From the NCBI GenBank assembly GCA_963758495.1, contig CAVWVI010000003.1:1440001-1504000 (forward strand): 64,000 nucleotides of DNA, given 5' to 3'. Positions 35,720-45,740 of this stretch are shown in pieces (the stretch's first letter is position 1; each line of letters opens with the position of its first letter). A program made the translations under genes and the position numbers. The notes below the pieces were generated by a model that saw only the letters and a program-made list of their open reading frames with translations, was not told where the DNA came from and made no database searches. This DNA comes from Oligoflexia bacterium (GTDB lineage: Bacteria; Bdellovibrionota; UBA1018).

Positions 35720-36852
35720 AACAGAACTCGAGGGACGCCCTAAAAACGGATTTAACTACTTGGGAAATTGGCCCCTACCACGGAGCGTTGCCTGCGCCGA
35801 TGAGGTTGCAGTTGAGTTTAGATGGTGAGATTATTGCGTCTTGTAAAGTTGAAACAGGATTTTTGCATAGAGGTTTAGAAAAGGCATGTGAGCTACATAC
35901 TTGGCATTCTACAGTGGCCTATGCAGATCATTTGGATCCGGAGGTTTCATTATTTGGAGAGCTTGCTGTTTGCTTAGCTGTTGAGGAAATCGCGAATATT
36001 GAAGTTCCTAAAAGAGCACAAAATATTCGACTTATTTTATCTGAGCTTACACGAATGTCCGCCCATCTTTATTACATGGTGCGAATGGCCAAATCCGTAG
36101 GTTCTGAAACTATTATTCACTATGTACTGAGAGACCGTGAGAAAATTTTGGATTTGTTTGAGTTACTCACCGGTGCTCGGTTTTCATTAAACTTCCTCCG
36201 TTTCGGAGGCGTGAGTGCCGACGTAACTGATGGTTTTATTGAACGAGTTTTAGAGACGTGCGAAATAATTCGAATTCGCATGAAAGAATATAACGATTTA
36301 TTTACTTTTAATCATATTTTTTTAAAGAGAACCGCTTATGTCGGGACCTTGCCTGCAAACTTGGTTCGTTCCTGTGGCATTACAGGTCCCAATGCTCGAG
36401 CCTCAGGAATTTCAAATGATGTTAGAAAAAGCAATCCTTATATGGGCTATGATCAAATAGAATTTACAATCCCTTTAGGAAGAGGCGAAGAAGGATATCT
36501 GGGTGATGTTCATGATCGATTCATCTTACGGCTGAGAGAGTTAACGCAAAGTATAGAAATTCTTAAACAGTTGGTAAATGCAGTTCCAGGCGGAGCATTT
36601 CTTAATCGAGAATTAGGAAAAGAATATGTGGTCCCAGCAGGCGAAGCTTACTCAAGGATCGAGAGTTCTAGGGGTTTGTTAGGATGCCATGTAGTGTCAG
36701 ATGGAAGAGAGTGTCCGAGTAGAATTCAGTTTCGAACACCTACTGTTGCCGTTCTAATGGCTATTCCAAAGTTAATTACAGGAATTAGGATTGAAGATCT
36801 TCCCGTTGTTTTGGCAAGTTTGGATTTAGGAATTGCAGAGGCAGATCGATGA
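35716..36852 (+). CDS. nuoD: NuoD-like subunit (divergent set)
   Basis: GFLHRGLEK, TGARF, GPNARASG, GEAYSRIESSRG, terminal EADR; no NiFe CxxC motifs. Confidence 0.9.
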   Translation: MKQNSRDALKTDLTTWEIGPYHGALPAPMRLQLSLDGEIIASCKVETGFLHRGLEKACELHTWHSTVAYADHLDPEVSLFGELAVCLAVEEIANIEVPKRAQNIRLILSELTRMSAHLYYMVRMAKSVGSETIIHYVLRDREKILDLFELLTGARFSLNFLRFGGVSADVTDGFIERVLETCEIIRIRMKEYNDLFTFNHIFLKRTAYVGTLPANLVRSCGITGPNARASGISNDVRKSNPYMGYDQIEFTIPLGRGEEGYLGDVHDRFILRLRELTQSIEILKQLVNAVPGGAFLNRELGKEYVVPAGEAYSRIESSRGLLGCHVVSDGRECPSRIQFRTPTVAVLMAIPKLITGIRIEDLPVVLASLDLGIAEADR

Positions 36853-37928
36853 CAAATCCGACGGTTTCCTGGATGGTTGCTTGGTGTGGTCTTTTTGGAA
36901 TTCGTACTGATTTGCCTGAAGCAGTTTATACTTTACTTGCTTTAATTTGCACCTATTGTTTTGTGGTAGTGCCCTCTGGTGGGGTGATGCTTTATTTGGA
37001 GCGTAAATTAAGTGCTGATCTTCAAGCCCGCGTGGGTCCAAAAAGAAGCGGCCCAGTGGGGATGCTACAACCCCTTGTCGATTTATTAAAATTATTACAA
37101 AAGGAAACTCGTGAAGAATGGAGTTGGCAAGAGAATGTCTGGTTGAGTATTTATACCATGGCGCTCTATTCAACGGTTGCAGTCATGCCGTTGGGTTCGT
37201 TAGCTCTTTTAGTAAATACTGAAATGAGTTCATTCATTCCTTTTTGGGCTGCTTTAGTTTTAGCCCTGGGCACGATGTTGTTAGGCTTGAGTCAAGGTTC
37301 GGTTCCTGGATGGTTTGGGGGAATTCGAGTTGCCGCGCAAACTCTTGCAGGATCATTCCCTGCTCTGATTGCATTTATCTGTACAGGTGTTCGCGCTAGT
37401 AGTTTTCGTTGGAGCGTGCTTGCAGAATCGCAAAGATTTGCCCCTTGGCACTGGACTCTTTTTTCTAATCCCTTTCAGACTTTGGCGTTTATTATTTTTG
37501 TGTTGAGTGGACTCGTATTGTTAGCGGTACCTCCTTTGGATGGAGGTCTTTCGATGTCTGATATTCATGGAGGAGTTTCATCTCATCTTTATGGGAGGCG
37601 ACTCAGCTTATTCAGGTTTGGAAGATTTTATGGTTTTTTCTTTTGGTCAGTGATCACCGTTGTTTTATTTCTAGGGGCATGGGCTTTACCTTTTGGCCTT
37701 TCAGAATGGCTGAAAAGAAATGAATTATTTGCCCCATTAGGGTTTTTAGAATTGATTTGGTTATTATTGAAGACGTTTGCTCTCATGCTCCTTGTGATTT
37801 GGATTGCACGAGTGAACTCTAGAAGTCGAGTCGATCAGATTACAGATTTTTCCTGGAAGGTTTTGAGTCCATTTTCTCTAGTCGCTCTAATAGGTGCAAG
37901 TTTATGGGCAGGATGGAGGGCTTTTTAA
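36849..37928 (+). CDS. nuoH: NuoH-like subunit (divergent set)
   Basis: LERKLSADLQARVGP..GMLQPLVDLLKLLQKE, RSRVDQ..WK. Confidence 0.88.
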   Translation: MTNPTVSWMVAWCGLFGIRTDLPEAVYTLLALICTYCFVVVPSGGVMLYLERKLSADLQARVGPKRSGPVGMLQPLVDLLKLLQKETREEWSWQENVWLSIYTMALYSTVAVMPLGSLALLVNTEMSSFIPFWAALVLALGTMLLGLSQGSVPGWFGGIRVAAQTLAGSFPALIAFICTGVRASSFRWSVLAESQRFAPWHWTLFSNPFQTLAFIIFVLSGLVLLAVPPLDGGLSMSDIHGGVSSHLYGRRLSLFRFGRFYGFFFWSVITVVLFLGAWALPFGLSEWLKRNELFAPLGFLELIWLLLKTFALMLLVIWIARVNSRSRVDQITDFSWKVLSPFSLVALIGASLWAGWRAF

Positions 37929-38461
37929 TGAAAACTTCCATTTTTTCAATCATAAGAGCCTATGTCCGAAATGTTTGTTTAGGAGCATGGTCAATTGCAG
38001 GGTCTTGTATGACTGCATTTCCTTATATATTTAGATGGGGTGATCTTCGTAAAGAGGTAACAGAAGGTTATCCAGATCCTGTTTCCTCTAAAACGGCGGA
38101 TGATTTGCCTCAACGAAGTCGTGGCTTATTATTCAATGACATTGATCGGTGCACCGGTTGCAAGGCATGTGAAACCATTTGTCCGGCTCAATGCATTCGG
38201 GTGGAAGAAGAACCTGGAGCCGATACCTCTAAAACTTGGGTTTCTACTTTTGATATTGATTTTTCAAGGTGTATTTTTTGTGGACTTTGTGTAGAGACGT
38301 GCCAACCTGGATCTTTAATTCATACTCGCCAGTACGAAGGAGCAGCTTATAATCTAACGGATTTAGTGGCAAATTTTGGAAGAGGCCAAGTGACTCCTGA
38401 GCAACGAGAGAAGTGGGCTGCTTTAAGGCAACTCAGTGAGAACGATGAGGCAACTTTATGA
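37928..38461 (+). CDS. nuoI: NuoI-like 2x[4Fe-4S] subunit (divergent set)
   Basis: CTGCKACETICP and CIFCGLCVETCQP. Confidence 0.92.
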   Translation: MKTSIFSIIRAYVRNVCLGAWSIAGSCMTAFPYIFRWGDLRKEVTEGYPDPVSSKTADDLPQRSRGLLFNDIDRCTGCKACETICPAQCIRVEEEPGADTSKTWVSTFDIDFSRCIFCGLCVETCQPGSLIHTRQYEGAAYNLTDLVANFGRGQVTPEQREKWAALRQLSENDEATL

Positions 38462-38952
38462 TGGAGTGGATTTTCGCAGGAATGACTATCTTTGCTGTCG
38501 TTTTGGCTACGTTTGCGAGACACACTCGCCATGCCATTCTAGCTCTTTGGGTGGCAGGACTCGGTGTGGGCGGGATGTATTTAATTTTAGGAGCAGAATT
38601 TCTAGCTATTATTCAGTGGATTGTCTCTACACTAGTGACGATTGCATTTATCTTTTTTTCCGTAATGTTTGGCGAGTATAATTCACCTGCCCCACGGGCT
38701 ATCGGTAATGGCTTATTGCTCACGCTCTTGTCAGTGGTCATCGGAGTTGGTTTTACGGTGGTCATTTGGTTAGGTGTTAAAGAATTACCCACAAGCTCCT
38801 TCATAGTAGAATCGGGTAGTAATGACTTGGAGCTCATGGGTCAAATGTTAACGCAAGAAAATTTACTTTCTTTAGAGGTTTTAGCACTGACTCTCTTCTT
38901 AGTTTTAGTAGGAGGAGGCGTAATCGCACGATTAGAAGGGAGTAATGAATGA
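38458..38952 (+). CDS. nuoJ: NuoJ-like subunit (divergent set)
   Basis: LGAEFLAIIQ, five hydrophobic segments, position in operon. Confidence 0.82.
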   Translation: MMEWIFAGMTIFAVVLATFARHTRHAILALWVAGLGVGGMYLILGAEFLAIIQWIVSTLVTIAFIFFSVMFGEYNSPAPRAIGNGLLLTLLSVVIGVGFTVVIWLGVKELPTSSFIVESGSNDLELMGQMLTQENLLSLEVLALTLFLVLVGGGVIARLEGSNE

Positions 38953-39239
38953 TGATGCTAGTGGCCGGCCTAATCGGTGGATTAGGTTTAGTATGCATGA
39001 TTTCTCGTAAAAGCTTATTAGGTCTTCTTATCGGAGTTCAGCTTCTTATTTTGGGATCTACAATGATGTTCGTCATAGCTGGAATATTTTCGGGCTTACG
39101 AATTCAAGGTCATATTTTTGGTTTATTTATTACGCTTGGGGGAATAGCACAGTTAGTAGTGGGATACTCACTTGCCATCCGGTTATTTTTCTTAAAAAAG
39201 GGGATATCCATGAATAAAGTACAGGCGCTCAAACAATGA
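38949..39239 (+). CDS. nuoK: NuoK-like subunit (divergent set)
   Basis: 96 aa, three hydrophobic segments, GHIFGLFIT; position in operon. Confidence 0.78.
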   Translation: MMMLVAGLIGGLGLVCMISRKSLLGLLIGVQLLILGSTMMFVIAGIFSGLRIQGHIFGLFITLGGIAQLVVGYSLAIRLFFLKKGISMNKVQALKQ

Positions 39240-41179
39240 CGATCCTTGAAAGTTCACCTACTCTTCTTACTATTTGTATTCTTTTCCTACTTTTTTTTGG
39301 GATCGTGATTATTTGTCTAGGAAAGGATCTCCCTGGCAAAGGAAGTTGGCTGGTTTGGGGTGGGATACTAGCAATTATCGCTTGTGTCGGCTTTGATTCC
39401 GGATTTTTTTTAAAACAAGCATTTAAAACTAAAATTTGGTCAGTGGGCTGGATTGGATTTCGGGGCGACACGGGTGCAATCACTGTGGGTATATTCGAAG
39501 ATCCAGTCGCTCTTGCAATGACTACTTTGGCGGCTCTTGTAACTTCGGGACTACTTTTGAATCATGGGGTGCTGTTACGGGAGTCTCGACCCGAGAGGAT
39601 TTATGCTGCGCTTGCAATTTCCACTTCAGGAGTTGCGCTCGCATGGAATTCACTCACTCCCTGGCTGATGTTCTCAGGGTTGAGTTTAACTCTTCTGGGT
39701 GGATTCGTTGCAATTGGATCAAGATGGGAAGTGAATTCAGAAGCACACTTAGGGATAAAGTTTATATTGGAACGGTCAGCAGGATTCTTGCTAGCTTTTT
39801 TTGGTACTTGTATTCTTGCTGCAAATCGTTCAGCGTTAACTTTAAACCAACCTCAAGTGTGGGAGGCTACTGCTGATCATTTGGGGTCAACATGGATTGG
39901 TTCTATTCTGCTTGTGGCGGGTTTATTTATACAAATGCAACCCTTTCCCTTCACGAGTGGGACAGCTACAAATTCACAAATCTATCCTCCGATTAAGGTC
40001 TTATTAAATCAGATATTCCCTGCTTGGGCGGTTTTTCCTTTATTGCTTCGATTGGAGCCTTTTTTTGTCAATCTAGGACTTTTTCCTCATTTTGGATGGA
40101 TCGCTCTAGGCTCCTCTATCCTGATTATTTTTTCAGGTCTTTTTCAAAATAAGTGGAGACAAACACTTGGAGCCTGGCTGGCCGCCGGTTTATCACTCTC
40201 TTGTGCCTTTCTTGCATTTGCGGGTCCTCTTGCAGCAATGGCATTGTTGTTAGGGGTGAGCTTAGGCGCTCTTTGTTTATCTGCTGCAGGGAGTGGGTTG
40301 GAAGATGAATGTCCTCAGAGCCATGGAAATAAAAAGCGTGCAGCTTGGGTTAAGGTAGGCGCATTTTTAGGGGCAGCGGCTGGGACTGGTGTGGTCGGTT
40401 TTATATCGGCGACAGGAGCAGTCCGGTGGATTGTCCAATCCATTAATTTTCCTGGTGTGATGACCTTTTTTCTTTTGGTATTTTTTCTATATGTATTGCT
40501 GAGTTGGAAATTAACTTGGAGCATTAATAAATTACGTAAATTTTCAAAAGTCTCGTGGTTGTCAATACTTTCTCTTTTTTTATGGGTATTACTCTCTTTA
40601 GGAGTAATTTGGACAGGATCTGTTACCGGAAGTGTTTTTCCCGGTGATTCTGATCGATTCCTAGGTTCTTTTTTTGATGAGTTCTTTGTGACAAAGTCAG
40701 TTGAACTTACCCCGTCTAGCGATTTTCTACTGGCCTCCAGTTTGTATTGGGGGACGTGGTTATTTGCTTTTGTTGCAGCTTATTGGACTGCGGGTAGAAA
40801 GGAAGATGTATGGGCCACTCTCGGTAAAGCGATCCCAAAAACAAGTAAATTTATCTCACAAGGCTATGGAATAACCGGGGCCATGCGCAGAGTACTTATT
40901 GGAGTTAAATGGGCTGGAGAGTGCGCAGAAGGTCTAATTGATCGAAGAATTTGGAATAATTGGATTCCTCGGGGATTATTTACGGGGATAAAAATTATTT
41001 CTGAACGAGTGAGTCAGATGGATGTTAGGTTATCTTTTGTATTAGGTAATGTCTTAAGAAAATCCGTCGAGATTCCTGCTAAAATTCTTCAATTGGTCCA
41101 AACAGGAGATCTGCAGTGGTATTTAGTTTTTGCTTTGGGTTCAGGGTTCGCGTTGTTGTCTCATTTTATAAAACTATAA
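39236..41179 (+). CDS. Highly divergent NuoL-like antiporter-type subunit
   Basis: Multi-TM protein with C-terminal QTGDLQWY like NuoL; position between K and M. Confidence 0.75.
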   Translation: MTILESSPTLLTICILFLLFFGIVIICLGKDLPGKGSWLVWGGILAIIACVGFDSGFFLKQAFKTKIWSVGWIGFRGDTGAITVGIFEDPVALAMTTLAALVTSGLLLNHGVLLRESRPERIYAALAISTSGVALAWNSLTPWLMFSGLSLTLLGGFVAIGSRWEVNSEAHLGIKFILERSAGFLLAFFGTCILAANRSALTLNQPQVWEATADHLGSTWIGSILLVAGLFIQMQPFPFTSGTATNSQIYPPIKVLLNQIFPAWAVFPLLLRLEPFFVNLGLFPHFGWIALGSSILIIFSGLFQNKWRQTLGAWLAAGLSLSCAFLAFAGPLAAMALLLGVSLGALCLSAAGSGLEDECPQSHGNKKRAAWVKVGAFLGAAAGTGVVGFISATGAVRWIVQSINFPGVMTFFLLVFFLYVLLSWKLTWSINKLRKFSKVSWLSILSLFLWVLLSLGVIWTGSVTGSVFPGDSDRFLGSFFDEFFVTKSVELTPSSDFLLASSLYWGTWLFAFVAAYWTAGRKEDVWATLGKAIPKTSKFISQGYGITGAMRRVLIGVKWAGECAEGLIDRRIWNNWIPRGLFTGIKIISERVSQMDVRLSFVLGNVLRKSVEIPAKILQLVQTGDLQWYLVFALGSGFALLSHFIKL

Positions 41180-41188
41180 GGGAATGAT

Positions 41189-42688
41189 GTGAGTAATCAT
41201 TTAATCAGTTTGATGGTATTTTTCCCAACACTGGGTGCAATTCTACAGGCATTTTTACCTCCTACTCGAAGTCGGTGGGCTGCGCTAGGTGCGAGTATTG
41301 TTGCAAGCATATTTGCGATTTTTCTAGTTGCTTCATTGCAGACGCAGACTGCGGATTTGCAAGCTACTGAGTTTTTGGGTTGGGTAGGTTCCTATGCCAT
41401 TAGTTATGAAATGGGAATTGACGGACTCAATGTTTTGCTCGTTTTACTCATCGCAATTCTTTTTCCCGTTCTCATTGCTTGCGAGTGGAATCAAAAGACA
41501 GGTGCACGAGGTATGCATGGTCTTTTTTTAATTTTACAGACGTCGTTATTTGGAGCAGTTTGTGCGCAAGACTTATTCTTACAGTTTTTCTTTTGGGGTT
41601 TAAGCGCTTTACCTTTTTACTTTCTTGTCGGGATTTGGGGAGGAGAGGGTCGAGAAAGTGCTTCATTTAGATCGATGGTGACGGCCTCATTGGGCGATGC
41701 ATTCATTTTTGCAGCCCTGATTCTTGTTTATTATTCAGTTGATCCTCACAGCTTTTCTTTAAGAGAATTAGCGGGAGGAAGACTTGTAGGGAAGACATTT
41801 GATTTACTCGGCTATGAGCTTCCTGTTTCGGGGGTGTCTTTTGTCTTAATGAGCATGGGTTTATCTTTGCGAGCACCTGTCTGGCCTTTTCATGGTTGGT
41901 TTACAGAGGTTGCGCAAGAAGCACCTTCTTCAGTTTTTGTTGCCCTTTGTGCCGGGACTGTTCCAGTAGCAATGTATATCTTTGTGAAAGACTGTTATCT
42001 CTTATTTCCTGAAACTTTAGGTTATACGGGTAAGATTATAGTGATCGTGGGCGCCATTAATCTGATTATGGGTGGTATTTGCGCAGTTTCTCAAAAAGGC
42101 CTCCGTAAATTGCTTGCGTTTATTTGCATTGGCGAAGTGGGTTTGGTTTTAATGGGCATGGGTTCACTGAGTCCGCTAGGTGTTGTAGGGGCAATTTACC
42201 AACAGTTAATTTTAGGTTTAGGATTAGCTGGGTTTGGACTTTTTTCTGGTATTCTAGCTCATAGGACAGGCCATTCTGATTTTTTAAGTGAAGACAATGA
42301 GCGCATTTTTGGTGGTATTGCAACTCAGGCTCCTGCAATGGCCGTCATAGCGGGGATTGTGGTTGCATCGTTACTGGGTTTTCCCGGTTTAGGTGGATTT
42401 GTAGGGCATGCATTAGTCATCATTGGAACTTATTCGATTCATCCTATGGCAGTTGTAGTATCCGGCTTTGCACTCCTGCTTGCATCCTATTATTTATTTA
42501 CAATGTATCGTTGTATATTCTTGGGTAACTCTGGTGTAAATTCACATTCTTTTGAAGACTTAACTTATAGAGAACGTGCCTATATGTTGCCAGTTGTATT
42601 TGGACTTTTGTTTTTCGGGCTTTATCCAAAGCCTTTGCTTGAATGGATTAGACCTACTGTGCTGACTTTGCTGTCGACGATCAAATGA
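41189..42688 (+). CDS. nuoM: NuoM-like subunit (divergent set)
   Basis: GIDGLN, LVGIWGG, PFHGW, LGFPGLGGFVG, DL..RE..GLYPKP. Confidence 0.88.
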   Translation: MSNHLISLMVFFPTLGAILQAFLPPTRSRWAALGASIVASIFAIFLVASLQTQTADLQATEFLGWVGSYAISYEMGIDGLNVLLVLLIAILFPVLIACEWNQKTGARGMHGLFLILQTSLFGAVCAQDLFLQFFFWGLSALPFYFLVGIWGGEGRESASFRSMVTASLGDAFIFAALILVYYSVDPHSFSLRELAGGRLVGKTFDLLGYELPVSGVSFVLMSMGLSLRAPVWPFHGWFTEVAQEAPSSVFVALCAGTVPVAMYIFVKDCYLLFPETLGYTGKIIVIVGAINLIMGGICAVSQKGLRKLLAFICIGEVGLVLMGMGSLSPLGVVGAIYQQLILGLGLAGFGLFSGILAHRTGHSDFLSEDNERIFGGIATQAPAMAVIAGIVVASLLGFPGLGGFVGHALVIIGTYSIHPMAVVVSGFALLLASYYLFTMYRCIFLGNSGVNSHSFEDLTYRERAYMLPVVFGLLFFGLYPKPLLEWIRPTVLTLLSTIK

Positions 42689-42721
42689 TCGTTTAAGCTT
42701 GAGAAAAGAGGAGGAAGGCCT

Positions 42722-44191
42722 TTGAAAGAGTTTTTTTTGATTATGCCCGAAATCTTTCTGGCCTTAACTTTAGCTTTTGTAATTATAGGAGAAATCACCT
42801 ATTTTGGTGAACAAATCCGACTCATCACTGCCACTTCCCTTCTGGGTTTAGCAGGCGCTTTTGTTCAGACTATTATTTCGTATGAATATGGAGCAGCACA
42901 AGTATTTGGAGGAACTCTTTCTGTAGATGGGTTTTCTTTATTTTTTAAATTACTTTTTATTACGCTAGCGATGCTTTCTATTTTCTCAGTTTCGCAATCT
43001 CAGGAAATTGCTGCAAGTAGAAGAACTGAGTATTGCGCTTTGATTCTAGCCTCGGCTTTGGCGATGTGTTTGGTCGCCTCTGCTGCCGATCTGACACTGA
43101 TCTTTTTGTCGCTCTTATTTTTGAATGTGATCGGGTATTTTCTTGCCGCATATGGGTGGCGCTCTCTATTGTCCACCGAGGCAGCTGTAAAATATTTGGC
43201 TTTTGGGGCGGTCGCCACCGCGTTGTTGCTTTATTCTCTAGCCATTCTTTTTGCATTCACTCATACATTGAATATTTACCAAATGCATAAAGCCCTCGAG
43301 CTGGCGCCCTTATCCTACAATGTCATGTTGGTTCTGTTTACTTTGTGTTTTTTGGCTTTTAGTTTTCAAATAGGCGCGTTTCCTATGTATCTCTTAGTTC
43401 CTGATATACTAGAAGGTGCACCTACGCCGGTCTCTGCGTTTTTATCTTTTGGGGCTCGAGCCGCGGGGTTTGCAGCTGCAATTCGATTCCTTATTGTGGT
43501 TTTTGCCAAGCCTGGGACTGCTCCTGGGCAATGGGAAGTACTCGGGCAATTTGATTGGACTCAAATTGTTTCATTCGTCTCAGGCATGACTATGTTGGTG
43601 GGAGCATTGCTCGCCTTTCTTCAAAAGGGGGCAAAGCGTCTGGTAGGCTATCTCGTCGTAGCTGAAACAGGCTTTTTGTTGATGGGCTTGCTTGTTCTAG
43701 ATCAAGTTGGAATTGCAGCTTTACTTTATAATTTAGTGATAGAGCTTTTTGCTTTAATGGGGAGCTTTTATCTTTTATCTTTTATTTTTGACGAGCTCAA
43801 ATCAGACCGCCTTGAAGACTTAAAAGGAATGTTGAAACGAGCTGTACCTGAGTGCGTTTGTTTAGTTATATTCCTCCTCTGTCTAGTAGGAAGCCCACCT
43901 ATGCCGGGATTTATTGGAAAATTTGCATTGATAGGTGTTGCTATTCGGCACCATCGGATTGTTTTGGCAATGATCGGTATAGTTTCAATGGTTATTTCTA
44001 CCGGAGCAGTGATCCGACTGGCGTTTAACTTAGTTGGAAACTTCCAGGAATCTACGGGCCCAGTCATGACTGCAAGTTTTTCAAGAAAAGCTTACTTAAC
44101 TATTCTAGTCGTTCCCATGGTTCTTGTCGGAATCTTTGCTGATTTCGTATTTAGATGGGCCGGGCAATCACTTGGCTTTATTTTCTGGTAG
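42722..44191 (+). CDS. nuoN: NuoN-like subunit (divergent set)
   Basis: STEAAVKY, PDILEGAPTPVSAF, GSPPMPGFIGKF. Confidence 0.88.
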   Translation: MKEFFLIMPEIFLALTLAFVIIGEITYFGEQIRLITATSLLGLAGAFVQTIISYEYGAAQVFGGTLSVDGFSLFFKLLFITLAMLSIFSVSQSQEIAASRRTEYCALILASALAMCLVASAADLTLIFLSLLFLNVIGYFLAAYGWRSLLSTEAAVKYLAFGAVATALLLYSLAILFAFTHTLNIYQMHKALELAPLSYNVMLVLFTLCFLAFSFQIGAFPMYLLVPDILEGAPTPVSAFLSFGARAAGFAAAIRFLIVVFAKPGTAPGQWEVLGQFDWTQIVSFVSGMTMLVGALLAFLQKGAKRLVGYLVVAETGFLLMGLLVLDQVGIAALLYNLVIELFALMGSFYLLSFIFDELKSDRLEDLKGMLKRAVPECVCLVIFLLCLVGSPPMPGFIGKFALIGVAIRHHRIVLAMIGIVSMVISTGAVIRLAFNLVGNFQESTGPVMTASFSRKAYLTILVVPMVLVGIFADFVFRWAGQSLGFIFW

Positions 44192-44224
44192 CACCTAGCT
44201 GCGCGTAGAGTTATAAAAAGTAAC

Positions 44225-44584
44225 ATGAGCTATATCCCTGTCTTAATTCTCATGTTGGTGGGACTGACCATTGGTGGAGCTATTCTTGTGCTTTCTACGT
44301 TATTGGGAAAGGGAATTCCTAATAAAAGAAAGAATATGGCATTTGAATGTGGTGTTCCTTCGTTTGGTTCCGCACGCCACAGAATCTCTGTCCGGTTTTA
44401 TTTGGTTGCGATTCTTTTTCTTTTATTTGATGTCGAGGGGATTTTCTTTTACCCTTGGGCAGTCGTTTATAAAAAATATCTCACTATTAATTCCTTTATT
44501 TTCATTGAGATGGCGTTTTTTGCTGCGATTTTATTAGTGGGATATCTTTACGTTTTGAAAAAAGGCGCTCTTGAATGGGAGTGA
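44225..44584 (+). CDS. nuoA: NADH-quinone oxidoreductase subunit A
   Basis: FECG, RFYLVAILFLLFDVE, KGALEWE. Confidence 0.96.
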   Translation: MSYIPVLILMLVGLTIGGAILVLSTLLGKGIPNKRKNMAFECGVPSFGSARHRISVRFYLVAILFLLFDVEGIFFYPWAVVYKKYLTINSFIFIEMAFFAAILLVGYLYVLKKGALEWE

Positions 44585-44629
44585 CTTTTGCCGATAGTCG
44601 TCGGAGCAGTTTCTTGAAAGGTAAGTATT

Positions 44630-45254
44630 ATGGGTAAAGATGGATCAGTAGGATTTTTAACTACACGCTTGGATGCGTTTGTAAATTGGGGTCGTAAGAA
44701 TGCTCTCTGGCCCCTTCCCTTTGGGACGAGCTGCTGTGGAATTGAGATGATGGCTACACTTTGTTCAGATTACGATATGTCCCGATTTGGAGCTGAAGTA
44801 GTCGGTTTTCTCCTAGGCAGAGTGATTTACTCATTGTTGCCGGGATCATTAATCTAAAGATGGCGCCTGTATTGAAGACGCGTCTATGACCAAATGAGCG
44901 ATCCAAAGTTTGTGATGTCGTTTGGCGCTTGTGCTTCTTCGGGTGGCATTTTCAATGTTTATAGTGTGCTTACAAGGGATTGATACTATGATTCCTGTAG
45001 ATGTGTATGTACCCGGATGTCCTCCGGCTCCAGAAGGAGTTATTCACGCTCTGATGAGGCTTCAAGATATGGTAGCCAAAGGTGAAACTCATTCGCAGAG
45101 GCAGCTTGCTCAGCGTAAAAAACGGTGCAAACGCTTAAGGTTTGAAATCGAAAAAGAGGTAATGAGAATGGATATTAGACACCCATTCCAACGAATGGCG
45201 GCGATTGGTTACAAAGTTTGGAGATATTATGGAAAAAACAAACCGCCAAATTAA
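44630..45254 (+). CDS. nuoB: NADH-quinone oxidoreductase subunit B (about 3 frameshifts; 3' end uncertain)
   Basis: SCCGIEM, then [15 protein letters not shown] and PGCPPAP in changing frames; indels near 44803, 44875 and 44970. Confidence 0.88.
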
Positions 45255-45730
45255 AGAAAAATTTGGGGCAGCGATCGAAGAAATTCGGATGCCCGACGAA
45301 TATCCAACAGATGTGCCAATTATTTATGTGAAAAAAGAGTCAATTGTGAGGTATTAAGGGTTTTAAAAGAAGAAGCGGAATTTGAGTATGGGTTCCTTTC
45401 TGATATTACAGCGACCGATGAAGAAATTGAGCCGCGCTTTGAGGTTGTTTACAATCTCTTTTCTCATCTTCATCGAGCTAGAATTCGGATAAAAGTGCGA
45501 GTACCCGAAGGTGAAGAAGTTCCTACCGTTACTCCTGTTTGGAAAGGTGCGGACTGGGCAGAGCGAGAAGTTTACGACATGTTTGGTGTTAAGTTTACTG
45601 GTCACCCCGATCTTCGCAGAATCCTCATGGATTCTCGTTGGGTAGGACATCCGTTGCGTAAGGATTACCCTTTAAGAGGATACCAAATCTTTACAGATGC
45701 AGAACCCATTGATCCAACCTTTTGGAGTGA
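45229..45730 (+). CDS. nuoC: NADH-quinone oxidoreductase subunit C (frameshifted)
   Basis: [44 protein letters not shown]; indel near 45348 and probably near 45720. Confidence 0.88.
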
Positions 45731-45740
45731 GAAGGAATCC

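Noticed and set aside
35716..36852. Group 4 NiFe-hydrogenase large subunit
   Set aside because: Lacks both CxxC nickel-binding motifs; ends in EADR like NuoD.
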